A DNA stretch of 64,000 bases from Bigelowiella natans CCMP2755 (GCA_000320545.1 ADNK01001859.1:43053-107052); one strand, 5' to 3'. Counted from the first letter of the stretch, positions 11,920 to 26,056 are shown. Notes: generated by a model not told the origin, from the sequence alone. Numbers and translations are program-made.

Positions 11920-14653
11920 CCACAATGGTTGTGGGAAGGGTAGTAGGACTAATGTGAGTGAGTAATAAACACTATTTAAGAGAGTGGTACTCGTAGGATT
12001 TACTTCCCTAAGCTCATCCTTATCTCATAGCAATCAATTTTATAATAATGATAATAATACTACTACTAATATTATTAGTAATAATAGTAATAATAAAGCA
12101 TGTGCAACTAACGCACTCTGCTCTCTGCCTTCTCCTCCTCCTCCTCCTCCCTCTCTGCTACTGCTGCTGCTGCTGCTGCTCTTTTTAGGGTTTGATCCAC
12201 GTGTGCTGATTCTTGCCCGGCACTACTCGTCATCATCATCACCATCCTCATCATCGTCGTCGTCATCATCCTTTGCCCGCCATGCTCTGAGAGTAATCCG
12301 CAACCTCCCCCCCCCCATCGCTGCTACCTTCGGGTCTGCTGCAAGCACAACATCACCGAGAAGGCCTGTTGGGGGCAAGGAGGAGATCGTGTACGACCTG
12401 ATCGTAGTGGGGGGGGGGCTGACAGGACTGACAGCTGCGCTCACAGTGCTGGATGGCGGAGGGAGTGTTGCGATTGTGGAGAAGGAACCCTTCCTTGGGT
12501 AACTACTACTACGATGTGTTTGCAAGGATTATGATCTTTTCTAATAATAATAATAATTATGGTAATATATTGACATGATGATATATCGCACGTTGATAGA
12601 GAAACGGCGGTGATTATGATGGTTGTCGTAGAGTAGTTAAGTAGTTTTGGTGTTCGCTCTTATTGCAATCCAACGCCATCATCTCTGCTTACATGTCGTC
12701 GTCGTCGTCGTCGTCATCGTCGTCGTTGTCTTCTTCTTGATGTTTTCGGTGGGTGGTTGGTGCTGCTTTCTTTACCTTACAACGATACGATAACGATACG
12801 ACGATAAATAGTGGCAATTCGGCGTGGGCTAGTTCTGGTGTAAATGCAGCGCCACCGCAATATGACGATGGGGAAGAGGCAGAATCCTCTTCTCAAAATG
12901 AAGACAACGGGAGCGTTGATTCCATAGCCAGGTCATCAACAATCCCCGCATTTTCATCATCATCATCATCATCATCATCATCGTTATCTTCATCACTATA
13001 TCATTCCACCATCAAATCGTGAGTGATGCTATGCTGATATGCTACAATTCCATTACACGTCGATGGATGTTATCACCCGTTCATTGAGAAATGAGACATA
13101 ACAACAGCGCCTTACCACTACACTTAGATTCGCAAGAGATACGCTTAAATCTGGAAATGGCGACGAAGGGCTCGTTGCAGCACTTGCCAGTGGTAAGAGT
13201 AGGAGAGCGCTAATATGTACAGAAGATCAATCTCCCAGTTGAATATTTAAGGATGATACGCAAACTACAACAACATGCAAATAACAATAATCGTCATTTC
13301 GCCCCTGTTTCAATAAAATCTGTGCTTAAAGTTCTCCTCGATCCGTTTGCGTCTTATCTGTCTACTGTCTCTGTGTGTTTTGGGGGGGGGGCATCAGGGA
13401 GCATGAGCGCTGTGAAATGGATGGAAAAGCGGCTTGACATAGAACTGGTGACCGATTCATATATGCAGCACTCGTGTATAGTAAATGCTGTGAAACGTGC
13501 TCCTGCTTATTGCCGATTTTTTTTTCTTGTTCTTTTCTCTTCTCTTCTCTTCTTTCTGGTTCTCCTTCTTCTTCTTCTTCTCAGGACAAAGTAGCACAGC
13601 TAGGTGGACACTCAGTCGCAAGAACGCGAAGGTTGTTGATGATGGCCAATACTGACTGACGACAACAAAGAAGAAGACGAAAGGAGGAGGAGGAGGAGGA
13701 GCATGTGATAATGATAATAATCATATTTCTTCCTTTGTTACTACCATAGATCCAAAGGCGGGATGATAGGGCAAGAGCTTGTGACAAGGTGCTGTTGATG
13801 AATGACTGATGCTGTCCTTCTCTTATATGATTGATCGATTCTTAAGTAAGAAGAGAGTGGTGATGGTGGTGGTGAGAAAGCTTTTAGGTTGCTGCTTTAC
13901 CAGACCATCTCCTCTTTTTGTGGTGATTGCGGTGTATAACAAAAATACTTAAACGGGTAGTCGGAGGAGATCTTTGATTCTCGTGTACTTAACGAATTTT
14001 GGTTCATTGATTCTTTAACCCCGTCAACTCAAATTCTCTCCTCCTCCTCCTCCTTCCTGAACAATGTAGGATTGCTCGAATCGTAAAGACATTCGCAGCA
14101 GATTTCAAGAATGGCGATGGTGCTGCTGCAGCTGGTGCTGGTAATCGTGGAGTTCCTCTCTTCAGACTCCTAACTCGTGCGACTGCCACACGTATTGTTC
14201 TCGGTGAAGCAGAAGACGCCTCCCCCCCCCTGGGAGGAGTGAACATATTACACTACAGCCTTGCTGATAAGACGAGGAAGAAGCAGGCAAATAGCACCAC
14301 CACCACCACCATCCAAGGAACTCTCAAAGGCAGGTATATTGCGGTGACTACGGGAGGCTATGCGAACGACCGCAGGAGCCATGGGCTACTATATTCAAAT
14401 CGGCCGGTAAATGTGCGAGTGAGTGAGTTAATGTGTGTGTGTGTGTGTGTGTGTGTGAGTACAGTGCTTCATTATTCCAACTGTGTGTACGTATGACGTA
14501 TGGATTCGTATTTATGTGCATGTGTGAATGGATGGCTGTGCTCTACCGCACCCACCCCACTTGGCACCACCAGCAGCCTCTCTGTTTCTCTAAACAGAAC
14601 CCGTACGTTTGTCTGTTGTAAGCCGTAGAATAAATAAAATATGCATATGTAAC

Positions 14654-14690
<37 letters not shown>

Positions 14691-15743
14691 TAAGCACAAA
14701 AGTGCGGATGATTGATCTTATCTCTGCTCCCCTCCCTCTTCCCCCCCCCCCCTCCCCCTCCTCCTCCTCCCCCACCCAGGACCTGCAAGGGTTTCCAACT
14801 ACAAACGGGCGTTGGGCCACTGGGGATGGTATAGGCCTCGCGACGGCAGTGGGTGCAGATACTGTCGACATGCAGCAGGTTCAGGTGCATCCAACAGCCT
14901 TCGTTGACCTAGACCACCCCACCGCTGCGCGTAAAACCCTCTGTGCGGAGCTTCTGCGTGGGGTCGGCGGGATCTTGCTGAAGCGAACATACACCACCAA
15001 CCGCTTTGTAGACGAGCTTGCCCCTCGCGACGAGATTGTCGCGCGAATGAAAAGTGCGGCTGCGGAGTCCGGCTCCCCGTCCTTCGTCATTCTTCTGTCT
15101 GAGGCGATGAGCCAGGCGGCAGGAAAGCACGCAGAGCACTACCTGAAGAAGGCTTTGCTTCGTCGATTCGAGAGCATCGAGGACGTTGCCACGTGGGGGA
15201 ACATGTCCACTGCCGCATTGAAGCAAACGCTGACGGAATACAACCGCCATGCCGCAGCTGGTGGCGCTGGCCCTCACGGCAAGAGGTTCTTCCACAACAC
15301 GCCAATTGACACCGAAGGAGGATTCGTAGCTGGGGTCGTGGTCCCTGCCATCCACTACACTATGGGGGGACTTCGCATAGCACCAAACGCATCGGTCATA
15401 GCCAAATCGGGAGCAGAAATCAAAGGGCTGCTCGCGGGGGGGGAGGTTACTGGAGGCATGCACGGCAAGAATCGGTTAGGAGGGAACGCCTTGACTGAAT
15501 GTGTGGTCTTCGGACGTACTATTGGACAACGAGTGCTACAGGAGAAAGATGAGTGGAGAAAGGAAGAGGAGGAGGAGGAGGAGGAGGAGGAGGAGGAGGA
15601 GGAGAGCGAAAGAGACGCCCCCTCCTTGGAAGGGGCTGCTGGTCTTAGTAGCAGCGGTATTACCCTGAAGAATGTGTCCTCTTCCGAGCTGTCTAAGCAT
15701 GCATCGGCAGAGGACTGCTGGGTTGCATTGTTTGGAAAGGTAT

Positions 15744-15777
<34 letters not shown>

Positions 15778-16243
15778 TGGAAGAGGAGGAGGAGGAGGAA
15801 TGTAGTAACTGCCATCGTAGCCTCACACAATATTAGACTGTTAAATATCTCTCCCCTCCCCTCTCTTCTTTCTCCACCGTATTTCTTTCTTTCTCTCTCT
15901 CTTTCTTTCTTTCTTTGAGGTGTACGACTTCACCGACTTTGTGAACGAGCATCCAGCGGGTCCTGAAGCCATTCTTAGAAGTGCAGGTGCCAAAATTATC
16001 GACGTTCATCATCATACTACAACATAGGAAGAAGACTGAAAAAAAAGGGCGGGGATGCATATCAAGCGACAGCCTGCCTATTTTCCCCCAACAGACATTG
16101 CCGCTTTGAGAAGATTCGTCCAGCCCATAGTAGATTGACCCTAAGACTTCTTTGTTGCAGGAAAAGACGGGACTGAGGAGTTTGAGGCTATACACGCCAA
16201 GAGCATGTTAGACGATTTCGATCCAATCGGAATATTGCGATGA
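8767..16243 (+). CDS. ERO1: ER oxidoreductin-1 fused to a flavocytochrome-c-type soluble fumarate reductase (Osm1/Frd1-like) and a C-terminal cytochrome b5 domain, ~1303 aa
   Basis: Hand-traced, phase-consistent exons: 8767-8964, 9073-9542, 9775-10219, 10370-10456, 10633-10766, 11033-11097, 11395-11829, 12189-12498, 12812-12931, 13128-13192, 13398-13447, 13585-13631, 13750-13788, 14070-14406, 14780-15739, 15920-15986, 16161-16243. N-terminal signal peptide. Ero1 motifs: [39 protein letters not shown] (CxxCxxC), GLGTALK. FRD motifs: [61 protein letters not shown]. b5 motifs: [20 protein letters not shown]. Confidence 0.9.
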
Positions 16244-16761
16244 TTTTAGGTTTTAGGATGATGATCGCTGCCAACATTATCGACGTTGTCTTCGTCATCG
16301 TCATCGTCATATTACCGTAATCCTCATCCTGTCTCCTCCCAGCGATGAGTTAATCATTTGCCTTTCTTAGCAAACCACAATATTAATTATTAGACATATA
16401 GAGGGACACCGCCTCAGGGAAAACATAGTGTGCCCACGAGGCATGCCGTACGCGTTTGCGTACACTAGAAGCAACATGCACTGTTTATCTACCCAAGAAA
16501 ATGATTAAATTACCACAATAAGCTGCATCAGCGATTGGATACGCACAACCATTGTTTTGAGTGTGAAAGGTGCGGTTGGTGTGCATGTATGTGCAGCAAT
16601 GACTGCGTCATGTGCACCTAACAACAGCACCCGTACGCATCTAACTAGCTAACCTGCATGCATGCGGACATGGAAATTAGAGCTCTCGCATTGCTGCATG
16701 TGCTAGTATGTGCGTACATGATGTGCACGAGGCTTTGCACACATATCTATATCCGCGTATC

Positions 16762-16799
<38 letters not shown>

Positions 16800-17556
16800 T
16801 ATAATACCTCTGCTATACATATCTGCCTCGCACAGCTTCATATTAGGATGACCATTGAAAAGATTGAATCAATTCATTACATCCGTCTCACATCTGTATC
16901 TCTAGCTCCTCCAAAGGGTATTCGTATTGCATGCTGCTTATGATACATAGGCAAATTCCATCTACGCCTGTACCGTCTAGCCGTGCGAAAGTAAGCCATT
17001 TTAAATTATTTCTGCCCCGGGGCAAGCATCACTTACAAACAGTTTATGAGTCCTTGTGCAGCGCTGTGGGATAGTTGTTAAAATGCTTATTAGTTGCTCT
17101 TACCGGCCAGGATAAGTAGGCTAAGTAAGCTTTTATCAAGTAAAGGGCATATCGCTGGCTAATTGCATCGAAGATACTTTTATGACTACTTATTGTTAAA
17201 GAGATTGCGCTATGCAGTAATCAAGTATGGTACCTAATAGCAGCATGCATGCCCTCACCAGAATAAGATGTATCACCTCGAAATTGGAATGCAAGCACTG
17301 AGTACAAATGTGCCTCCCCACGTTAGTCAAAACGCCTGAACTTGTTATTGCAAATTGCTAATTAGCTGCGCAAGCTCACAGTGCTAGAATGGCGCGCCGC
17401 TCGTTCGTGCACACTTCTGCCAGTGGAAATTAAAACATGAGAACAAAGCTCAGACGAAGCTAGTGGGCTTGTTGCTTGTTGAGACACAGATGTGAGCAAT
17501 TTTGCAAGTTTGGCATGTGATAGGGTTGTAGTGCCATGCATTGATTGTGCCACCGA

Positions 17557-18698
17557 TCAACGCCTGTAATATCCTTTCTTTCTCAGTAAATCCACTGTGC
17601 GTTCATACTTCAGTGTCTTCATCTCATTTTCGGTCGGGACTATCGACTTGACCAACAACGTAGTGGCCAAGATATTCGCCTCATCAAGCCATTTCAGGAC
17701 ATGCCCGTATACGTACGCATTAACAGATTGAAGATCCTCATGTTCCTTTTTCCTTAATACAGTATATGCTGCATCGGCCAAACGTGTCCGTCTTTCCCGA
17801 ACGATTGATTTATTTTCCACAGGCCATTGAAGGCGGTGCACGCATAGGGACTGAGATTCGCCCTTGATCTCAGCGTAACCATCGTGTACCATGGTCTTAA
17901 CAGCGTCATCAAAATCATCCTCCGCCATTTTAGAGAAAGTTGTCATCATCGAGCTCAACTTCGACGTTCCGACTTTCTCCAATGTCCCGAAATTGAACTT
18001 TGCATCTTTGACTGATTTCGCAATGTGGTCGTCCTTCCACTCATCAAAGTTCTCTTGAAATGTAATATCCTCTTCATCAAAGATAGTGTAAGTGCCTGTT
18101 GTCGAGGTTTTGCCACTGACGTGGAAGCACACCCAACCCATGTGATTCAGAGCGTCCTCCATTCGTATTACTAGCATTGGCTCCCTAGTTTTCAAGCTGA
18201 ATGTGCCGTGCAGAGCAATGGTGCTCTTCATGGCTTTGTACCTCTTGAGCGCGTTATCCCTCTCCCTTCGATCAGAGCTAGCTGCTTGCTGCTGAGCTTT
18301 TTTGGCCTTGTCAATACTTGCGCCTCCGTCGTTGAACATGATGAGAAATTTTCTGAGTCTGAACGCAACTTTCGGGTCAACGGGAGCATGTTTCCCCAGC
18401 CATGTCTGCTCGCCCTTCTTGCATTGTGTATAGAGCAGGTCAACATTCTCTACGAACTGTTTCAAAGGATCCGTTTTAGTTCCACTAATGTACTGCTCGA
18501 CAAGTGCCAGCAGCTCATCACGCGCCCTCTGAGTTTGACCATAACGAAATAATAATGAGTTATTGAAGCCTTTCCCCCGCATGCATGCCCGTTACTCTTT
18601 CCTGGCTTCTAATGCTTTTCTTGCACGCTCAACCAAAAAATAAGATAAATTCAAATCGTACCAACGAATGAATGAGCAATGACACAATATATATACTT

Positions 18699-18734
<36 letters not shown>

Positions 18735-19784
18735 TGCTCCGAAATTATTGATCTCCGTCAACACACTACTACCACTACTACTACAACTGCTACATTTGTA
18801 ATAATGGAAGTAATGATATTTGACACCACACTTCATTCTGACCCTCTGTCTCCCAGCCTCGTCAAGTGCTTCCTTAGCCAGAAACTGTGACTTGTCTTTA
18901 AATTGGGTTGAATAGAGGGTTCGCAGCGCGTCTTTGGGTTCTATTTCGTCACTGAACTCAGTGCCGCTCGGGTTAATGATATACGAGCCTATTCTCTCCC
19001 CAAGGCATGTAACACCAAGGCTTTGCTCAATGCCCTTTATCACTTTTTGGTTGGCTGACCACACGAATGGTGATTTGGACATGCCGTTCTGTGCGGTGTC
19101 CTGCCAGAACTTGAAGGCTGCAACCCCGAACTGATTTCCATCGATGGCGAGACTCACATCTGCTGTTTTCCTCTCCTTCTCCATCACGTAAAGCACCCAA
19201 ACGCAGCCGAACTTGGTGTTGCCTTTTGACCCAAAGGCCTTAGTGAGAAGGTGCCAGGTCTTCGAGAAGCGCTTTACCTCATGATAATTCATCCTCTTGA
19301 TGGCAGCGTCCTCATAAGCTGCTGTATTGCCACCCTCTGCCAAACCTTTGTACTCATCATTCCAATTAGTGAGTGATTCAATCAGTGGGCCTGAAAACTC
19401 ATCCTCATCGTCTCCCCGGTAGAGAGGATGGAATAGAAGCTCCAGATTGTCGTCAATCATCTCCACCCGAAGCACAACACTCCCTCCATTCCAGAGGATA
19501 TCGCTTAGCTTCGTACGACTTGCGCCATGTGTCGCGAGATGTGGAATCAGAAAACCGTCATCAACTTGATAGCCAAGAAGCTCCCATCCTGTCTCTGTAC
19601 TCGCTTTATCAGTCCACCTGCCCGTCTTTTTCTGCAGCGTATTGGTGCCGTTATTGAGCCCTAATGTAGCGGCATTTCCTTTTCTTGCGAAGGCATTGAT
19701 GGGATTGATGTAGCCCAAAGCTGACAATATCAGAGGCATCAACCACAAGGCTCGAAACGAGCAAGGGGATGAAAGACCAAGCAT
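17557..19784 (-). pseudogene. Two-exon gene of unknown family with an in-frame TAA (possible pseudogene or sequencing error)
   Basis: Two long, complex ORFs (392 and 341 aa) are separated by a microsatellite-containing intron (AGG|GTCAGA ~18840 ... TTGAG|CGT ~18627). Splicing joins them in frame but gives RARKALEARKE*RACMRGKG. The N-terminus is hydrophobic. Confidence 0.45.
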
Positions 19785-20431
19785 GGTGTCTAGAGGGAGG
19801 TTGAGCCTGAGGCTTTTCTCTGGATTCAAAAATTCAAATTTGGATCATAAAATAGTTGTTTCTCTTTTTTTTTCTTGTCGTTCCTTTTAATTCCGCTGCA
19901 AAATGCAGAAAAAAGGAGGCACAGCATCCGTTCCAGCGTCCGTTTCTTTGTATCCTCCGCGGACCGCAGAACAAGTGCAGTTGTTCGCAGCTGTCGTCGT
20001 CGAATTTTGAGAAATCACTGGACTATATTTTACCCTGAGAACATCCTATTCATGTTGCAACAAATTAAGCAATTTTTGTAATATTCTATCATAGATATTT
20101 GACGCTTAACAATTTGCCATGTGCTGACGAGATCCTCCTTGCATGAATGAGCATCCCCCAGTCGGAACGGCACAGAACTCGCTTCGTAACACCGGAAGCA
20201 GAGTGCAGGGGGAGGAGGGCATGAATAGTTCGCATACAGCAGAGGCTTGTTCGCGGGTTCGTCTCATCTACAAAGTGATTTCACGCACTATGGCGTCGCC
20301 GTCGCTAACACCGAGTTGTTGTTGATACGTGTCCTTAGAGTCGTGGCAGTGGTGGCCAAGGACGACAGCGAGCATACGAAAGTGGAACTGGAGATGCAGG
20401 AAGAGAAGAAGAATCCTCAATTCAACCCAGG

Positions 20432-23012
20432 ATGAAGAAGCAAAAAATAGAGAAGAAAAGACTTCAAGTCGTTTGGTATCTACTCGTATTTTGTTCCAAG
20501 CCTCACCGGCAACATCTGCTTAAAAGTTTCGTTTCTTCTGTCAGCTCCAATCCGAGGATACTTATCTGCCGAAACTTCATGAGCAAAGTTGAATGCGAAA
20601 GAATGATCCGGCTGTCTCTCCCATGCACGAAGCAGGTACCAGATGTACTATTAGCATCATATTCAGTGATAACAATGCAAAGATGATATCTGCCCAAGGA
20701 GATTGTTGACGACGATGCATATGTTCTAATCTACAGCTACCGGGAGACCAGAAACTTAGATGCGACCCCGGCGCTGAGGAAAACAGGGACAAGATATGCT
20801 CTGAAGATAGGGTCGGAAGACGAATTACACTAAAGTAGCTTGATTGAGCTTTCAATTGGGGTGTTTGTCGTTACATGCTTGTAGGAATTTGTTGAGACGA
20901 TGGAGAGACGAATCGGCGAGCTTGTTGCCACCCCTCCACATTCCAAGGGTACTCCTAACTTGGTGGTGGAGAGTAATAGCAACAGTAGCGATGTCGAGAG
21001 ACGCTTTCAACAAAAGATAGAAGAGAAGTAGAACTTACGGGAATCTTATCGCATAGTCAAACAGATGGTGATGTCCTTATTCCATTCCCCCATTCTCTCA
21101 CCACAATGCTCATCACCATCATTATCATCATCTCCCGGCGTTTTCAGAGACTCTGCTGAATGTGAACGGTACCCCCCCCGACGGCTCCTACATCAGCACA
21201 ATCGAGGTCAAAAGATGTAGCACCTTCCCTACCCCTGTAAAATCTGAAAAAATATGTGCCTCCTGTTTCCCTCTTTCTTTGTTAGGATGGGAAGCTGGTT
21301 CCGCGCCCAGCAAGTGAAATGGGATGGGTGATAAATCGTCATTCACCGAGCTGAGCAAACTCACTTGCGACGATTGATGTTGTTGCGCAACGTTGTTATT
21401 TAGACCTTCGCTTTTCCTGGATCTTCAGAATTGATACCGCTCGGCCTCCACGTCGACACACACAATGGTAGTAAGTAACTACCATGTTGGACGTATTAGA
21501 GCGTCCTTCCAAGCCACCACCCGTTGTTGCTTCCAGCAGTTTGTTTCGATATATAAACTCTCATTTGTAAATTGCTCGCCAATTTCTTCGCCAACAAATT
21601 ACTGCATTTTGCAGGCAAAAGAATGCGATTCGTCACTGCTATCGTGTACTTGACCTCTCTTTCCTATGGTAGTAGTTGAAGAAGTAGCAGTAGTAGTAGT
21701 AGTAGTAGTGAGTAGCAGTACCATATAGCTCGATCGCTTTCGAGCGAGTGGAACCGACATTTTTTCTTTTCTTTTCATGGCTGCAATAATCCTTGTCCTA
21801 TCATTCATGTTGTCTTTTAGATGAGGGAGGACAGACCATATTCCCATGTGCGCTTCGCAACAGGGATACAACACCTCCCCTCAAAAGGAAGAAGAGGCCA
21901 AAGAGCGACTCGGGCGGCATCGTCCAGCCACGGGACGAAGATACAAAAGAAACCTCCTCAAGAGGAGATGACAGTAGTAGTGCGACAAGCGCGGCAAAAC
22001 GGCTGATTGACCAGGGAATCATGGTTCGGATGATATAAGTTATAATACCGTCGTCGTCTACTTGATATATTTATCTATTGTTGAAAAAAAATGCAGCATA
22101 CGGCATCAGCGTTCGCTCATCACCTATTCAACAAGGAAGATCCAGAGACGGGTGAGACGATTGTCATTCTCTGTCATGACCCTAACCATAAATACCAAAT
22201 ACACCTTCCTCTGAAATTCCATTGCCGCATCCTATCACCTATACCCATCCATACTCCGTTCATTCTACCGATGATTTCCTACCTGATAGAGGGCGAGGCC
22301 ATGAAACTTATCAAGCATGCGGATCAAATTATAGCACGCGCAGAGAACGCTGATACCTCCGTGATAGCGAATCATTGCCGTCCAGACGAAGAAGAAGAAG
22401 AAGAAGAAGCACAAAGACAGCAGCAGCAAGACGGGCAGCGGCACTCGGAGAAAGACAAAAAGACTGGCCAGAATGCAAAGAATAGCAGGGAACATGGAAT
22501 AATAAGAAGTCATCATCATCGCTGCGGAGAAGGAGGAGGAGCAGGACTAGTGATCAAACCAGAGAGAGGCATGCTTTGCCTCTTCTATAGCGTCGATCCG
22601 AGTAAATTAAAAGAGAAAAGAAGAGGCAGTGCCAATGATAAAGAAGGAGGAGAAGGGGGAGGAGGAGGCTGCACAGAATCGTGGCTTACTGATTACCGTT
22701 CTTGGCATGGGGGCGCAAGGGTCATGATGAAGATGCACAATGAGTCTTCTTTATTTTACCTGCGTTTTGGTCATGCACTTGATATTATTATTATTATTAA
22801 TATTATTATTATTATTATCATTAGCTTTAATGATTCTCCGTTGTGCCCTCTGTCAGGTATCTCCTCAGTCTAGCACCGCCAAGTGGACCCTACAAAAATT
22901 CAAAGAGATTCCAGAGCAATATCGCGGTATGATAAGACTGCTAATTGATGATCGATTTGTTTACGAATGGCAGTCCACACATTCAATAGCACCGATGAAA
23001 TATGGTTGGTAG
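20432..23012 (+). CDS. Prolyl 4-hydroxylase-like 2OG-Fe(II) dioxygenase
   Basis: SSNPRILICRNFMSKVECERMI; GLHVDT (HxD); FVTAIVYLT; EGGQTIFP; IKPERGMLCLFYS; SWHGGARV (distal His); KWTLQKFK (2OG-binding Lys). Start and end are approximate. Confidence 0.85.
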
Positions 23013-23984
23013 AATATCGTGGACTGACTTGACTTGGTGTGACGAATGTATAATCAAAGGAACATATGAGACACAATACAAATTTCTCTCGGATCGTCAC
23101 GGAAATGAAAAGATTAATTGAAAAAATGATTCTAGAACTGCAGCCCGTAGCTATGCATCGCAAGTCCTTTGAGCCTTGATTATTAACTAACAACACATTA
23201 ACGGGTTCGATTGACCTAATAACCCCATGTTGCGACATCATAAATGAATATGCTATTGATTGGTTCTATCCATGGCTTGTAATGCACGTATATGCGTACA
23301 TGACGTACATGCGACGCATTCGACACATAGAACCCATGCTGTAGTCGCACGGAACAGCCATATATGCTGCCGCATGTGTGAATTGCACAATAAAATAGCT
23401 CGGATCTAGCAGTAGATATTCTCTAGTAGCGGCTATACGATGCATCTAAACATGTCATCATGCATGCTCATCTAGTCATATGGCATAAGTGCTATATCGT
23501 TAAGTTATGCTTGCCTCTTCAGCACAAGTCAGCACATATATACACAGCATGCAAAAAAATCCATGATTCACATACGTATACATCGCAGCTGCACAACATG
23601 TGCATCAGTGATGCATCCAAGTGAGAGTGAAAGACCTAGCTCGTCGGTGCATGAGCGATATGTAAGATTTTGAAGAGAATTTTGTCCTTCTCCTACGGCT
23701 AAACTATATGTACGTCCTAGAGATCAGAAAGACTACGCAGAAGACGATGCTGCAACAAGACATGGCATGTAGAACCAGCGTGACGAAACATGCGACCTTC
23801 CCAAGCATTCACGCTTAGTAATCATGAAAATGTTACATAACGAAAACATGCCGTAGATTCTCATTCCGCAGCAGTACGTGGATGTTGGTCTCTTACGGCT
23901 ATCACGTGCTAACACCCTTCGTCTGGTTCACGTGCTTCGGTTTCTCGATGCATCAGTTTTATGCGATATTTATCTTTGTTGCTC

Positions 23985-24162
23985 TCACAAGTGCTGCCAA
24001 GTGAGAGCAATTTTCCCTATATGCGCATTAGATTCCTGATATATTGCAAATCAGATAATATGTGAGTAGTAGAATGTCCTGTTGTGTGGATGGATGCACA
24101 AATTGATCCAGTTATCACATGAATAAAGATCCTGAGTTGCAGCGACGATAATCATAATAAAC

Positions 24163-24194
<32 letters not shown>

Positions 24195-24965
24195 AAGCAG
24201 TGTCATGCAGGAGTAAATGATATACCATAAGGCTGTGGGCTTTCGATGCCTCGCTCATGTCAAAGACGGTGTCAATTCTGCCCAACAAATATTGTGATGA
24301 TAATCATAATCATCATCATTATCATCACAAGCATCATCATCGCCTATGGAAGACTTTCAAGCCATACCTTATCTTCATCGTTTCATCTTTAAGGAGCGGC
24401 CACACATGTTCTCTTAGCTCTGCAGCTATCGAGGCCTGATAGTAATGGTCAAGTGCTGCAGACGCTCTCTCACCGTACACATTTGTATATTTCAATGTAT
24501 GAAATCGGTGTACACATAACGACGTGTCTAGGAATCATCCTGTGATACCTTAACGGCTGAATTGCGTGCTCTTAGCGTTGAACCAGCGATCGTTAGCCGA
24601 CGCCGCATTACATTTCTCATGTTGATCTTAAATATCAGAGTATGCAGAAGCAGTGATGAACAGCGAGCAAAAGCACTGTGACGCTATTGGAGCAACAACA
24701 ATGGCACAACGACGAAACGCTCTCACCATTTCATGTGCTTTTTGCGTATGTGGATGCGTCCACATCAAATTTAAGCTTGTGCTACTGCTGCTGCTACTAC
24801 TACTACTACTACTACATCATCATCATCATCAGCATCATCAGCATCATCACCTCTGAGCGAACGCCGCCTAGGGACCCTATAATCGCTAGTCTCCCCCCCA
24901 CAGCAAGCACCTGAAGAACCGAAATGGAAAGAGTCATATCGTAACTGTGTGAGAAATATAAATTT

Positions 24966-25036
<71 letters not shown>

Positions 25037-25856
25037 CGTTTGTGTTGTTGTGCGGTGATTGGTAAGGCAGGATGCATGTTACTTCCAGATTCTTGGGTAG
25101 GTACGGGCCAGACACCATATCTAGTACAAGGTTAACGCCTACTCTCGCACATAATAAAGAAAAAGAGGTGGAGGAGGAGTAGATGGTGGAGTGTCATAAC
25201 GGGACAGGGAGAGGGGAAGGGGGGGGGGTATTAGGAAAATCCTTGAAAGTAATCTCCACATCGTCGATTCGCCACCTTTGCCTCCGGTCAGTTCGTTGAT
25301 TCGCTCGACGAAATCCTCCGTTTTATAGTTTATAGCTTTCTTAAAGCGACGACGTCAACGATGCAACAGACAGAACAGCATAATTGAGGGAGAAGAAGAG
25401 GCTCTCCATGCCCTCCTCTTCAACGAAGGATTGCATGCAAACGGGGTGGTGAGAAAATGGCGAGAGAGGAGAAGGGAGAAGTAGGTTGTTTGTGCATCAG
25501 TCATTCGTTGATTCATCAACCTCTGCACCGAAGTCAAGACAGGCTTTACACTTCTCCTGGGAGCCTGTGTGTAGGATGACGATACCGTATCATCTAACCA
25601 TCAACAAGGCCAAGAAGATATATCGTCGTCGTCATCATCATCACATGCTATCGAGACACACCAGCGGATGCGTAGACGGTGATGTCGAATGCCTTTGCCA
25701 TCTGGATCGCCTTTATTACCACACCAATCATGCACAGAATCGTCATCATCGGAGACAAGCCTAGCAGCCATTTTTACACAAATAGCAGCTATACGGAGGA
25801 TGCTACCGGATACCAGTGCAAAAAGTCACTGTCTTGCCTCTCTCTGCTTCTTAGCT

Positions 25857-25900
<44 letters not shown>

Positions 25901-26017
25901 TCTAGGTTTGTCGTTACAGCAGCCGCTTTCACTCTACTTTCGACTTCATTCACCAGCAATCTTTATCATCATCATCATCATCCTCATCAGCATCTTTATT
26001 ATCTTCTTTTATTTTTC

Positions 26018-26056
<39 letters not shown>

